In this document: positions 13,348 to 26,130 of the stretch, one piece after another
Layout of the letters: every line of letters starts with the position of its first letter
Numbering within the stretch: position 1 is the stretch's first letter
Assembly (NCBI GenBank): GCA_011109175.1
Contig: RDEW01000006.1
Location: 1,634,133-1,698,132, forward strand
DNA: 64,000 bases
From: Dicyema japonicum
Taxonomy: Eukaryota; Animalia; Dicyemida
Direction: 5' to 3'
Notes under the pieces: model-generated
What the model saw: only the letters and a program-made list of their open reading frames with translations
What the model was told of the DNA's origin: nothing
Database searches by the model: none
Translations under genes and position numbers: made by a program

Positions 13348-13706
13348 CGTGAAAAGGCTTTATTATTATCAATTTTAGGTTTTAATGATTTCAAGGACGG
13401 ATTAGAAAACCACAAAGAACGTAACAAAGTTAGAAGAGATTGAAATTTTGATTATTAACGTTAAATGAGATTTTGGTAATTAATTCAAAAACCCTTTAAG
13501 GTACCAAAAATAATGAGCCGAGATTTGTATTTATGTTAAAATAAGAATTCGGGGATCTTTGTGAGGTCAGTGCCACAAAGGATAGTAGATTCCATAGAAT
13601 CAGTTAAATTGTAGTAACAGAAAATCCAAATTAAGAGAATATATGATGACAAAAAATATTATTTTTAACTGAAATCCGGGATATTTAAAAAACATTATAA
13701 TTTAAA

Positions 13707-13817
13707 CGCAATATAAAATTTAAATTAAATTTTAATAAATAATTTTTTTGAAAAAAAGTTTATTTGTTAAAACACTAGAATAGCTTGGATCCTTACAGGG
13801 ATACACAAAAGACATTA
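13707..13817 (+). repeat. Duplicate of the AT island/RTE junction at 3297-3420
   Basis: cgcaatataaaatttaaattaaattt...aaaaaagtttattt.ttaaaa.actagaat...agcttggatcc..ga.aca.a.aagacat in both copies. Confidence 0.85.
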
Positions 13818-15559
13818 TATTATTATATTAAGAAAAAGCATTTTGACACGTTTATATTATTCCTAGACTTCAGAGAAATCAGCACACTAGATATGATAGC
13901 AGGATGTGGTTTTCGTTAGCGGACTGTTTCATATAAATAAATAGATGATCCAAAGGGTCACCAAACATCAAGTGAAACAGGGTCGCTTCGAGGGCATATC
14001 TCGATAGCTATTGTTAAAAGAAACTGAATCACCATTCAAGCTTTCTAAATTAAACGCTTTTTTTAATTTTTTTATTTTCTTTTAAACTAATAATAGAAAA
14101 ATTTAAATAAATAATAAATATTTTTAAAAGTGACGAAACTGGTTACATGACAAAATGCTCCCAAATGTAACCAAGTAGCATTTTGTATAGCTGCGCATTA
14201 TACGTTGAATATTTACTACTGTACTCTAAGTTCCGTGTTTTTTCGATACGTTGTATTCAGAAATAGCCTAGTACTAAGATGGAGTGTTTGGTAACTATAA
14301 TTTATTTAGTTAACTCCAAACTAACAATATTTGGGTTTTTTTGTTTTTTTTATCACCGGATAATTGAATACGCAAGCATTTTTATGACTGTTTCGGATTT
14401 ATCCCGTACAAAGGAGAGTAGACCTAAGCTATGTCTTCTTCGTTCTTCAATAGTTTTTTAAAGTAAGCATTCCTTTAGGATGATGAACGCGTTTGTTTTG
14501 GAATCTCATTGGGATCACTTTTTGAAGGAATTCTCATGGATTGACGAAACGTATCAGTGAGGTTCACTTAAGGAGTTTCGCTTGTGAGATGTGAAGCCCT
14601 CCGTTAGGAAACGAGCATATTATTGTCGGGGATGAATAGTTAGTTGTTAAATTTTAATTTAAAAAAATCAATGGACTGGACGGATATCTGGGAGTTCTTA
14701 GAGAAATCACAAAAATACATTTATGCAAATCAAGATAATCAATGACATATGCATTTCTTACACATGCTGTTCGTGGATCCATTCGTCGATGCCATTGAAG
14801 TTACTCAGTAAATGGTACTCAGTCTCTGACACACAAATTTGAGAATATCCACCTACAAGGTATAATGAGGTATATAAATTTAAATTTGCCACAATAAAAT
14901 ACCAGGTAATACAATTTTCTTACATTAGGGTTGATACACCAGTTAATAGGAACCAACTATAACCTGGCTATACAATCTGGGTATGCAGTCCACAAGAGGC
15001 TCAATGCACCTCCCTTGTGTTATCTATGCTTACATGTTGTAACTTATCGTTTTTTCACAATAGAAGTGAAATGAGAATCCATCTTTAAATAATGAAGACA
15101 TTTCGTGCAATATAGGCTAAACATCGACCAAACACTTGACTAGATAATTCAATGTAATAGTCAGATAATGAACGTAGAACTGAAGAATTTCTTAAAATCA
15201 TTAACTAAATATCACCAAAGGTTCACGATAGTAAATATAAGCTTATTTTAGAAGACACCACAGAATTGACATCTAATTTTTAAGGTATTATTTGCGTCAA
15301 AAAGTTCCTAGAAGATCAGACATTAAAAAAACTTTCTTTAATTTGCGTTCCTATTTTCATTATTTTGAACCCACGTCGATTCAAAGTTTGGTCGATATTT
15401 CGCGCCAAAATATTTTGAATTTCAAAAAAAACTTTATTCTAATAATTTATTTTGGTCTTTAAGATTTTTATCAGAACTAAAAAAAGAAAGAATATTCATG
15501 CTATTCAGAAGCGCTGAGGTTTATGCTCCAGTATTTTGGTGTTTCAAAGACCCATATGC

Positions 15560-15858
15560 CACTTTATCGGACGGATATCATGAGAATGCGAATGGTTAAC
15601 AACACCATTCGCATTCTGTATCAATATTTTTCAAATTTTCCGTTTGTTGTATTTCATATTATGCAGTGTAGAAAAACCTGCATAAATATTGAAAATTGTA
15701 AAATAATCGTCAGTGTTTGTGTAGATAATCTGGGATATATGCTACGAACATATTGTTTTGAAATTTTTTGGAATAGTCCGGATGCTTGCAAGTAAAATAT
15801 TTAGTTGCAAGGAACCATTTATTTAAATTTGTTTTGGCTGGCGGCACACAATCTCTGG
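15560..15858 (-). mobile_element. Second, more deleted copy of the same Buster element
   Basis: The reverse complement of 15810-15858 matches 41340-41375 (gtgtgccgcc.gccaaa.acaaattt.aataaat). The reverse complement of 15560-15720 matches 42420-42570 (caggtttttctac.ctgcataatatgaaata.aacaaacg). Confidence 0.75.
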
Positions 15859-17039
15859 TTTATACCTTAAATTATTAACTCTTTTTGATGCGTGTAATAT
15901 TACCCTGAAAATGTTGTTTCATTCAAAAGTTATCTTTTCTTAAGATAGATGGAATACCGGTAATCTTAATAAGAAGTTAGGTCCCCTCACTCTCAGTTTT
16001 ACTTTTCCATCAACATCGACACTTCACTGTTTCGCTTTTGTATTTTATCACCATTCCGACTCCCCAAATACCGATTATGCACTAAATATTGAAGAGTACT
16101 AGACCCTATAGTTGACCTCAACAAATAAAAAAGAGGATGTACATTGACTAAGGATGCCACCAACAGGTCTACCATATTCGACAGTCTAACGGTTAGCCAA
16201 CCAAAGCCGCTACTTAACCACTGACTTCGTAACCAAATAATAACACGTGACCTATGTTATCAAATAAATCAAATTATATAAAATTAAATAAAATAGACAC
16301 GTGACCACGAATGAATTCAAATAATTAATAACAAATTTAAAGGTTAATGTGAGGCGCCGGGCTTTTCTGTGCTATTTTTTAATGACAGATTTTTTAACGC
16401 TTCAGACAAACTGGAAGGTGTAACCGGGGTGTTGTTATGAACTCCTTCCTCGTGGAGAATGTTGGAATAACGAAATAAGTCATCTGTTGAGTCTCCTCCA
16501 TTTATAAATTCAGAGAGGGCTTTCTAGGTTTTGAAATGAAGCGGTACTTTATAATTCCAATTTGATCGCTCTAACAACCAGCACCTGTAGAGCACCTAAA
16601 CATATATATCATTATCAATTCCTTCTCCGATTCCGGCATTCAAGTAAATGAATACTTAATAACACAATGGTGATGTTGTATTGTATCAATTAGTTTTTTG
16701 TGTTTGCCAATAAAAATAATATAATTTTAGTATTAAATTTTAATATTATAAAAATAATTTATTTCTATATTTATTCAATTAAATTTTTATGTAAGTCATA
16801 AATTAACGTCAGATTGCCAATTTCCTACATGTTAGCGAAACTGGGGGTAATAATTTAATTTAACGTCAGGTTTTTTTAAATCGAATTTATTTTTTGTCTT
16901 TTAAGTTTAATTTATTTTAATCGACCTTATTCAAATTGATTTTCGATTCCCGATGTTAATTTATGACTAATTTTATGTAATTTTTAAAGGATTTTGTGGT
17001 TGAAAATAAGTTACAAAAAGAGAGAAAAAAGAAAAATCA

Positions 17040-17870
17040 GCAAGAAGATGGAGCAAACTGCAAAAGATGAGATTTTCGAAAAATCACATATAAAACAAAA
17101 GAAAACGGATGATCCCCTACACTGCCTGTTCTTGTGGTTTCCACATGTCCTGTGTCGGAATGACTAAAAGAGACCTGGCTGTTATTTCCGATTGGCATTG
17201 TCATGTCTCCTACCAGAGAATACGACATTATCGACTCTACGCTATCTTTCTGAACAATGTCATTTGATTATCATTAAGTACTTGAATTGATTTCAAACCT
17301 GACACACACATGAATACTTCTGATCAGGATTCCCAAAGCTGCCCATGTATCTGTCACAGATTGCCTATGTGAGTGTATTGAAAGGGCAATCTCTTCGGAC
17401 GACACTGAGGATTGAGTAGGATTATTTTTCTTCGCTCCATTCACACTATGCATACCCCACAGGAGGGGGAAAGAAAAGAAATCACTCACCTCCATAGAAA
17501 TAGAAAATATCAACACATTCTTTTTTGGGAACTAATTGGTTTACTCCTAAAAGCACACGTACAAATTCAAAAAACTATGAGAAGCAATCATCGTAAGTCT
17601 CTGATATAAAAGATTACAAAGTGCAATAGCTTTCTGAAGGTGGAATCCGTGCTGTTGTGAAGATTCTTTAAGATCAGAACCTAATACTTTAACCACCTAA
17701 ACATTCATACGCAGCACTTGTTGAACAACCCCAGAGTCTCCCATACGATTATAGAAAACTTTCTTCAATTCCAAGAATTGTTGTGGCATTTTGAAATTTT
17801 TGCAAAATAGCCCAATGCCACCTATATCAACCGCAAACCTCCCAGTTTTGAAGCCACTTTGATTTTGAAG
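17040..17870 (-). pseudogene. Unidentified intron-bearing gene remnant
   Basis: Coding-like frames with stops and a 22-nt GT-AG segment (gtttaggtggttaaagtattag). No reliable homology recognised. Confidence 0.3.
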
Positions 17871-17904
17871 CAGTAAATCAAACTTTATTTAAAAAACACA
17901 AAAA

Positions 17905-18060
17905 TCAATCAAAAATGATACCCGCCGACATAATTGGCGTTGCGCTGTTTCTCATGATTGCAACAGAGATCAACTGGAGAAGCCACCGAGTGCGTCGTGA
18001 CCTTTTAGTGTAGCCAGACGTCCCAGCTTCTTTCGGAAATACCGTCCAAACGTGGATTAA
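17905..18060 (-). mobile_element. CRE-clade 3' end fragment (another at 13960-14035 +)
   Basis: RTRWLLQLISVAIMRNSATPIM; nucleotide similarity to 40930-40990 and 58170-58245. Confidence 0.7.
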
Positions 18061-18229
18061 ACACGTGGCGATTGACTTCATTTGCTCAACCAATAAAATT
18101 AACTACTTCTATTCTTTAGCTGGCAAAATCAGCCACTATAAGCAATAATGGCTGACAAGTTCATACGAATTTAAAACCTTAGAAATTTCGTTGCGAAGAC
18201 GTAACGACAAATAATCGAATGTAAACGTA

Positions 18230-18560
18230 ATATCGCGAAATATATGCAATATTAAGAGGTTCATTAATGAATGCCAGAAGAAGAGAGACGAACAGACGGT
18301 CGTCAGCCAGCTACAGAGAAAGGATGAATTCGAAGATTAGGGATCTAGAACATGTATTAGTGTCACTTATATTAGAAATTGAGAATTAAAAAAAGGAATA
18401 TTAAGAAAAACTGAAGGAGGTTGCTTTTAGAAAGTTCTTGGAGGATATTCTAGAGGAGAAAGAGGCTATGCTGATTGATCGTGAACACATCAGGTCGATG
18501 TCGTACCCTGAGTTTGTTGAATATATTAGAGCTTATTTTGACAATGTTTATTCATCTTTT
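18230..18560 (+). pseudogene. Unidentified coiled-coil gene remnant with a tiny intron
   Basis: E/K/R-rich frames (KEVAFRKFLEDILEEKEAMLIDREHIRSMSYPEFVEYIRAYFDN) and a 22-nt gtattagtgtcacttatattag intron-like segment; stops are present. Confidence 0.4.
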
Positions 18561-18859
18561 TCTTAATCAGTTTTTTAGTCTTCTTTTCTGGGTTAATGTG
18601 GATACACTAAGATTACTTGAATTTAACTCTTCACGTGTTATTATGGTCTTTGGGCATACATTATGTTGTTCACAGGGTATGACTTGAAGTTAGGGAACTT
18701 GAATGACAGTAAAACCTTGTCATCATTTGAATAAAAATCCATATTAATGCAAATAAAGATGAGTAATCCAATAATAATGACACGTCGTTATTGTGAGTTA
18801 GTTATTAAGAAGAGGGAGTTTTTAATATTATTCTTAACTCGGTGTTTTTTAAAAGCCCA

Positions 18860-19000
18860 ATGCGATCTCTTTATGCTTTCGTTACAGACAGGTGCGCTTT
18901 TTTCTTATGTGAATTTGGATTTTCATCTCTACTATATACAAAAAAGTACCGAAACGCTCTTAACCCTGAAAATTGCCAAAAAACAACGTTTCAAATAATT
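18860..19000 (+). mobile_element. hAT C-terminal dimerisation-domain fragment
   Basis: Reads ..LCEFGFSSLL....KYRNALNPEN, similar to the hAT YLCESGFS...K.RNRL motif. Confidence 0.55.
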
Positions 19001-19169
19001 TATTAAAACTAAATGGCAGGAAAGTCTAAAAAAACTTGACTAATTTTTTTGAATAAAATTCGAATTCTGTAGATTTAAAATCGTCGATGTGAGCTTGGTT
19101 TTTAAATTTTTGGGGGTGCGAACTTAAGCGAATATGGAAGTGCTGTCCTACATCTTTTAACCAAATACA

Positions 19170-20470
19170 GAAGACGCATTAGCCAAACAAAGAATTGAAG
19201 TGCTCCGTCTGAAGAGAACTATTCGTCGAAGTTAATTGAAGGTGGAACTCGCGCAACCATCGAGGCACTTTGTTAAAGTGTACCACGAAAACCAACACTC
19301 GACGACTACAGTAATTTGTTTGAGCCAGAATCCGTTCTGCCTCACAACTTACGCCCAGTCGCTCTCCCGGCCGGAGTGAATCCCCAGACTGCATCAAATT
19401 ATGAATTAATCTTCGTAATACGGAATTTTGCCCCTAGTGGCTGGCACGGCGGAGTGAAACCTGGACCTAACTTCTTTTACGTTGGAAATCCACGACTTCA
19501 ATTCACGAGTCAATTACCTCACTTATGAATCGGATTCTGTCAGGATTATTTCGAATAATCCCCCACGTTCTGTTTTCCGCCAACGTGATAGTCTTCGACA
19601 AGAAAGGCGGTAGAGTACGACCGGTTGCGGTCGGTTTGTTTCAGGAAGCTAACTGGCAAGATTGTCTCCCGATATTTTATCTTCCTTGCCAAACAAATCT
19701 TGAACCCCTTCAAGTATGAGTCGAAGTTCGTCTAGGATGCGAGGTTGCTGTTCACTCCGTTAGAACAATCCTAAAATGAAGTATGGAAGAATCCCAGGGA
19801 CATGTCTTTGTCTAACTTGAGATGAAGAACGCTTTTAAACAGTCTCTAGAAAGATAACATTCTGGGGTCGTGTATGGAAAGATTCGTAATATTTTTTAAA
19901 TTGTGAATCAGTCCTATATTTTACTTCCATCCTTACTTTTTGGGGACTACCTAATCCCTTCGTCTACCCGAGTGCAACAAGGAGATTCCTTTGGCCTTCT
20001 GTTGTTCTGTCTTTCAATCGGAATAATCACCAAATTTCCTCATCCGCTCTCAACCTGTGTTATCTGAATGATGCGGTTCTCAATGGACTCCCAGATTATG
20101 TCTTCCAGGATTTGGGGGTGATAATAGAAGGTGGTCTGGAATTAAATTTTAATAAATGCGAAATCTACAATGTGGACTTATCCAAATTGTGTCATCTTTC
20201 ACGTATTTACTGCCCGGAAATATTTCCACGCCCGACCAAGACGTTATATTCCTTGAATCCTTAATCACAATGAGGAGAGGTGTCAAAGAAAACGACAAGT
20301 TGCTCGAAGAGACTCTGACCGTCAGAGTCTACTTGACTTGCACACATCCTCCTATAGAACAACCTCAACTTACAGAGGCTTGAATATATCCTCAGGACTA
20401 CCTCTTACTTCACCCAATGGAGAAACTCGCACGAATTGACGGGATCTTCCGTTCGACAGCGTAACTACAA
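19170..20470 (+). mobile_element. CRE-clade non-LTR retrotransposon, RT-domain remnant
   Basis: NFAPSG, VFDKKGGRVRPVAVG, PLQV*VEVRLGCEVAVHSVR, LEMKNAF, SSTRVQQGDSFGLLLFCLSI, LCYLNDAVL match CRE RT motifs (GGIRPIAVG, PLQFGVG..GGCE..VH, QQGDPLGPLLFCL, YLDDG). Confidence 0.87.
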
Positions 20471-20519
20471 TGTCCGGTTTGAATACCGTGAGAAATTGTA
20501 ACATCACGTTCTAGTCATC

Positions 20520-20640
20520 AATGGCGTTTTTGTCAATAAAGTCAAAAATTAATATGTTCTTTAAAAATGTTTAAAATTTATAAAAATTTAATTTTTAATC
20601 AAAAATATAATATAAATAAAAAGTCACAAATTCAAAATTT
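20520..20640 (+). repeat. AT-rich element family B, single unit
   Basis: ggcgtttttgtcaataaagtcaaaaatt.atatgtt.ttta.aa.tgtttaaaa.ttataaaaat aligns to the reverse complement of 56290-56412. Confidence 0.82.
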
Positions 20641-23532
20641 TTGGTAATGTCATAATCCAAATTCATCCAAATACAAAATGCTACGTCAGGTAGTGTCGAA
20701 AAGCAGGTAATTATTTAAAAAATATATAAATTCCTCATATTATGTGAGTCGATTTGAAGAGAACAAAAACTTAATATCGCCGAATGATGATGTCATTAAA
20801 TCACAAAAAAAGATATCCGTGAATTTTATATTTCCAGCAAGCAGGAATATTTTCGTTATATCAACAATTGAAAGTGCTGGCCTTTATGAGTTAAGGAAAA
20901 ATTTTTTTTCTCAGAAGGAAGTCATCGATTGCTCCAAATTCCATTACTTGGAAGTTGCGAACTTAAACCACCTGAAAACAAGCGGAGATTCAATCCTGGT
21001 TTATTTTGTCATTATTTGTCAGGAATAACTCCTCTCATTACAACCGAAGTGGGGATCAACTGTAATCCAACATGCCAAGACAACTAATTTAAAAACAGAG
21101 TGACTTTATTCTACAAATCCCTTAATACAAGACAAAAGAAAGGTAAATTGATTATAGACATCTATGTGAGGCAATTCCATAGATACAATTTTTTATTGCT
21201 TTAAAATTTGTTAAAATTTTGGTGATCGCATTTTAATGACACAGTCCACCCCAATGTCGTCGACTGTGAAACAATCTTTTGTGCGCACGCCTGCTTGCAA
21301 ATGGCTGCGTGTTTGACATACCTGTTCTAAAGTTCTCATTATAATCCAATAGTTTGTCCCTCTGTTCAATCGTACGGTGGAGACCTGAAATCAAGAATTA
21401 TTAGAAACCACTGTATAATTGGTATAAAATCGGTCCAATTTTATCAGCTTTAACACTGCCATAGTTTTTTGCAAAATCGTACGATCAATTCAAGGAAGTG
21501 ATAAAATTGGGGTCCTTTTAGTGAGGAATTCAAATACCCGTTGTTGTATAAACTCTATTTTTGGATAAATGCTTTTTAACCAAGAATTCGAACAGTATGA
21601 TGGATCAACCAAGTAAGGGATCAAAAGAGCCTTGAACTGAATAAATCATCAACCTGAGATATCACAAGCCCGTTATCATCTAACGACGTTTCTTGCAAAA
21701 TTTTGTCATTTTCAGTTCCAATAAAAGAAGAAAAGTCGAACTCTTCAACATCGAGAGTCCATCTAAGAGTTCAGGCATGCTTTTAAAATCCGCTTAATTG
21801 GAAAATTCACTCGTTTTACTTTGTTAATCATTAAAAATTAGACAATCAACTAATTTTTAAATGGGTGGTGAAATGAACAAATCATATCAAATGAAGATTG
21901 CACACTTCCATATATAGGGTATTTCAACGTATCCGCAACGTTTTGTAAAGAATTTGTAAACTAATGGATAATTTCATTTTCTTGGATAATTTTTCTAACC
22001 TCTCTGTATTCAGTATTTAAAAAATTAAGCCAATAAATTATTTTTAATGACAAAATAAAATAAATAAATGGTCGAACTGCGGCCGCCCGAGTGAGATTCG
22101 CTCAAATAACAGAAGATTCATCAGAAGATTCGCTAAGACTTAAGTGAATACACACTATACCAAAATTTCACTTTAAGGAACAAAAAACATGATTTATAGC
22201 ATTGTAGAATCTTCCAGTAGTCTTATTTGTGCAATCCATCTCCCTAAGTTATTCCAGTGCTGGTTGGGACGAAGAAAAATCATTCGCTCTCTTCCGCTCA
22301 ACTGGAGAGGTTCTTTGATGGATTTGTTTGATATTAAAAGGTCTCTGATTTTCTGACCTTGGGGGTTGGATACATTTGATTAGCTGTCCCAATTATATGA
22401 ATCCACTATGGCAGCACCTGGATCAAAAATATACACGACTTTGTGTCTACGCAGGCCATACGAGCCCTCGGAGAAAAAGAGATACTAGAGCGTAGACCTC
22501 CGAAAACAGTTTTATCAATCGTCGCTCAAATGGCATATTCAATGTTGTATATCCAATCTAATGGTGTTATGGGCATTTCCTAGCAATTACTTTAAGGATA
22601 TTCAACATATCTAGTTCTTTCGTTAGGAGTTGGTCTGAGTACCTTATGAAGTTTATCAATTTGTTGTATGGTATCTTAGAATATTAGGATTCTTTGAAAT
22701 GGCTATGAGCACATACTGGACGGGGTAGAGCAGGAGTTGCGTGTTGAAATCACCAATCTGGTGGACGTCGTAAAGAATTAAATTTAACAAAATTAGTGAA
22801 TGTGGGGAGCTCTGTAGGACTTCATTTGGTAGCAGTCAGTATATCTACCTGCTGTTTTTCACGAATACTCTTCCATGCCCTCCTGGTTTTCCAATCAGAG
22901 TTTGGGATTATGCTGAATATTAATATAAAAATTTTTCGTTAGGTGTGTTATCGAAAAAGAGTAACAACCCTTTTGAACGTTGATCGAAATCACCGTCGTG
23001 ATGCCGTCCATAATAAATTGAGAGAGTTAACATGAGCGTTGTGGTAGATCTTCATATTCGAAAACATGTTGGAAGATGGTCCCTGCAATTCGAGAATAAT
23101 CGTCATAAGAACTAATTTTTCTAACACTTTAGAAGATGCGCGTTAGTGAAATCGGACGAAATTAGGATGGATCATTCATAGATATTCAGAGTTTTACAAA
23201 TTGAGGTAATGACTGAATGTTTCCAGATGTTAGGGGGTATGCACGTGAGTATTAATCTTGCCTCTAGCTCAAAGTGCTGCAAATGACTTAAAGACACTCC
23301 TTCAGGGCACAGGCACGGGAGTTTCGTAGCGAGCTAACTTAAACTTGCCAGTAAAAATTATCATGTTAGGTTGGTTTAGTTCTTACTGAACGATTGTTGA
23401 TGATGAAAGGTTTTGGACATTTTTTTTATAAATGATTGATACATAAAAATTAAATTAAATTAAAAAGTTTAACTATTTATATTTGGCTTTTAATAAATTC
23501 TGCGTTTAAAAACGCTAAAATTCAGCAGTTTC

Positions 23533-24953
23533 ATGGTTGTTCGAACATACAAGGAAAAATTATTTTTAAATGAAAATGCATACTCATGGAGATATTAAAG
23601 GAATGCAGTCTCATATGAATATATAAACCATTGATCACTTCCACAGTGGAATGGCTATTACACGTCAGAAAATTTGTGTTGGATGAATTACGTCACTACT
23701 TGAGTATGAAGGAAGAGCCTCTCTGCCTGGCATAGTCGAGGTACTGTTCTAAAATAATTCCAGAACTCCATTGGGCTGCCAGACGTTCATTCAGGATACA
23801 GATTCGAGATAGGAAACACGACAACTTTTGATTTGACGGACTACATGTCATGGTCATCCCCGTGGAGTTGGATTTGATATAAACTGAGAAATTCGACTAA
23901 TCAGGACCAATTTGAGCAAGAAGGACGTCGAACCTCAAAGGAACAGCTCTCCAGGTTTTTTGACCACATCCCTGTAGGATTTGGGTCAGGTGGTGTCGTT
24001 CCAATGACAGCCAAGTTGTTAACCTATAATTCAGGGATTTGGAGGAGTCCCCCTTGGTGGGCATGGATTGGAGCATCAGACAAAATTTGATGATCCATAG
24101 ACACTCAAGGATAGTTATTGGCTGAGGATACGGAGCATTGTGTGGAGCACAGTCGCATGTTAACTCAGTTTCAAGGCCAAGAAAAGAGGTCTTCCTCAGC
24201 TAGCTAATTTGGGTGTGCAAAATCACTATGCGGGAATCCAAGTAGTTAATTATATTTACGACAAATTTCCTCCAAGATGGGGATCGACAGAGTAAGTCAA
24301 GTCTGTGTGATGATCCACATTGGAAGTCATGGACTGGATTATTAACTAGCTACTGGTTAGTTCTTTGATTCAACCAAATAGATTAGTCTATGAGAATAGA
24401 CCAGATTGATGTGATTGACCCACAACTTGTCCACTAGAAGTTAAGAATTATTTAAAGGAGATGGCTGCAGCGGTCAACTATTCCTTGGTGAACCGGTCTT
24501 CGATGACCTCTTATGCGACAGGTTTTGTTCTCAGTCATTTGAAGATATTCTACAAACAGTTTGATACTCCCAGAAATGAGGAGATGCACGTGGTATATGA
24601 CGTCTCGCATAGCATCTCTAAAATGGATGAACATTTGGTTGATGGAGACAGATGCAGCTTCTGGTCTATCGGAAGGGGTCAGCCCAGGACGACTGGACAG
24701 ACTGACTGGGACAGACGTGGGTTTCTGAGACTTTAGGAACTACGTAGCACGGAGATGGAAGGGCTCTTTCCTGAGCGAAGGCAAGATGATGAAGATGTGT
24801 TGGAAGTAATGAGACAGAAGGTAATCTCTATCAGAGTGGCCTCCCCAAGTTGATAGAGGCTTCCCATTCATATAAAGATGTTTCCGAAGTAGTGGATACA
24901 TGTATATTAGCAAAAAGTGTATCGAATTTTGTCCAATTGAAGTTATTAAAGGA
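23533..24953 (+). pseudogene. RTCB: RtcB tRNA-splicing ligase pseudogene, full length, unprocessed
   Basis: Collinear RtcB motifs: [111 protein letters not shown]. There are multiple frameshifts, in-frame stops and internal deletions. A 23-nt intron is retained at 23741-23763. Confidence 0.93.
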
Positions 24954-25959
24954 TTTTTGTTGTTGTTTGATTTTAATGTATTTAATTTATTCAATTGGCT
25001 GAATCGCTTTCTTATGGAATGTTTATTATTGTTATATGGACAGTACTTCCAACTAAGGAGAATAACTATGTGCTACGATTTTCAACTGGGAAGTAAGATA
25101 CATAAACCATGAATGGTGAGAGGGTAAGTGTCATTGGATATTAATGGAGAGTTGGGTTAATGAAGATTTTTTAAAAAATTAATCCATCTGACTTGCTAGA
25201 TATTAGTTAATTACTCAACTAAAACTAACCAGGTGGACTACTTCCAAATGCTTACCACGATTACAATACGCTTCCATAAGTCTTTCAAAGTGAGTGGGAT
25301 GAATAAGATATCTATGTCTGGGTGAGTGGTCCAAGAATACAATTTTGACACACTTTGAAATTTCAGATTGAATCTGAGAGAGGGAACAAGTATCCATTTA
25401 AATAAGTCCAATTCACCACTGACAACAAGGGTAAAGGTTTGTCCGGTGGTATTAACTCAGCGTCACGTGGTTCACGTCTTAGGATGTGATGGCACCAAAT
25501 AACACCATTATATTTTCCATTGATCATTTCTTGTGAATTTTTGTAACTGTTACGTATTGACATACCCACATCTTGGTTCTAAGTAGACTTGTGTATGACT
25601 GGAAAAATTTGCAAGTCGCAGATATTCTAATAAGTTGATTCTATCGTAGTGAACGAAATGTATAATTAGCTTCATGATTTATTGAAACTTCATCTTCCTT
25701 TATTCTAGTGAGCATTTACTAGGCGACAGACTCGGGAGATGTAGGAAACACAAAATTCTGGTTCGAACCTCGTCCAGCCCAAAATTGAAAAAACTCTGAA
25801 GATCACCTGTGATGGTGGTAATTAATATTATTCTGCCATGAGTATTGCGAAATGTTCAAATCTTGACAAATCCAAATGTTCGATTCTTGCTGCTGTCCAT
25901 CTCGACAGAAGGTCTAACCCACATATGATGGTTCTTGGTTTGACCAGGGACGTCATAAT

Positions 25960-26130
25960 CAGTGATATTTAACTCGGTATCAGATTGTTTACAAGGGCTC
26001 ACACCCAACAAAAAGAAAAAGTTAAGAACGTGCTTTATCCCCTTTTCCACGTTTAGTTAAATTAACTGCATGACCTAACTCTAAAATAAAGTGTGTGTCC
26101 TACCCATGCGGTGCTATAAGTACCATAGCT
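25960..26130 (+). repeat. Repeat family A, copy 3
   Basis: agttaaattaactg...aaataaagtgtgtgtcctacccatgcggtgctataag. Confidence 0.78.

Noticed and set aside
17780-17870. KANSL1-like W...RW.W motif on the minus strand
   Set aside because: Only a few tryptophans match; not enough to name a family.
23880-24790. Stop-codon reassignment (TGA at a Cys position and other stops in RtcB)
   Set aside because: The stops align to different residues (Cys, Arg) and come with frameshifts and deletions. The spliced intact genes have no internal stops and end in TAA or TGA.
25570-25600. Matrix metalloproteinase cysteine switch (EPRCG on the minus strand)
   Set aside because: The flanking residues do not continue the PRCGxPD or catalytic-domain pattern.
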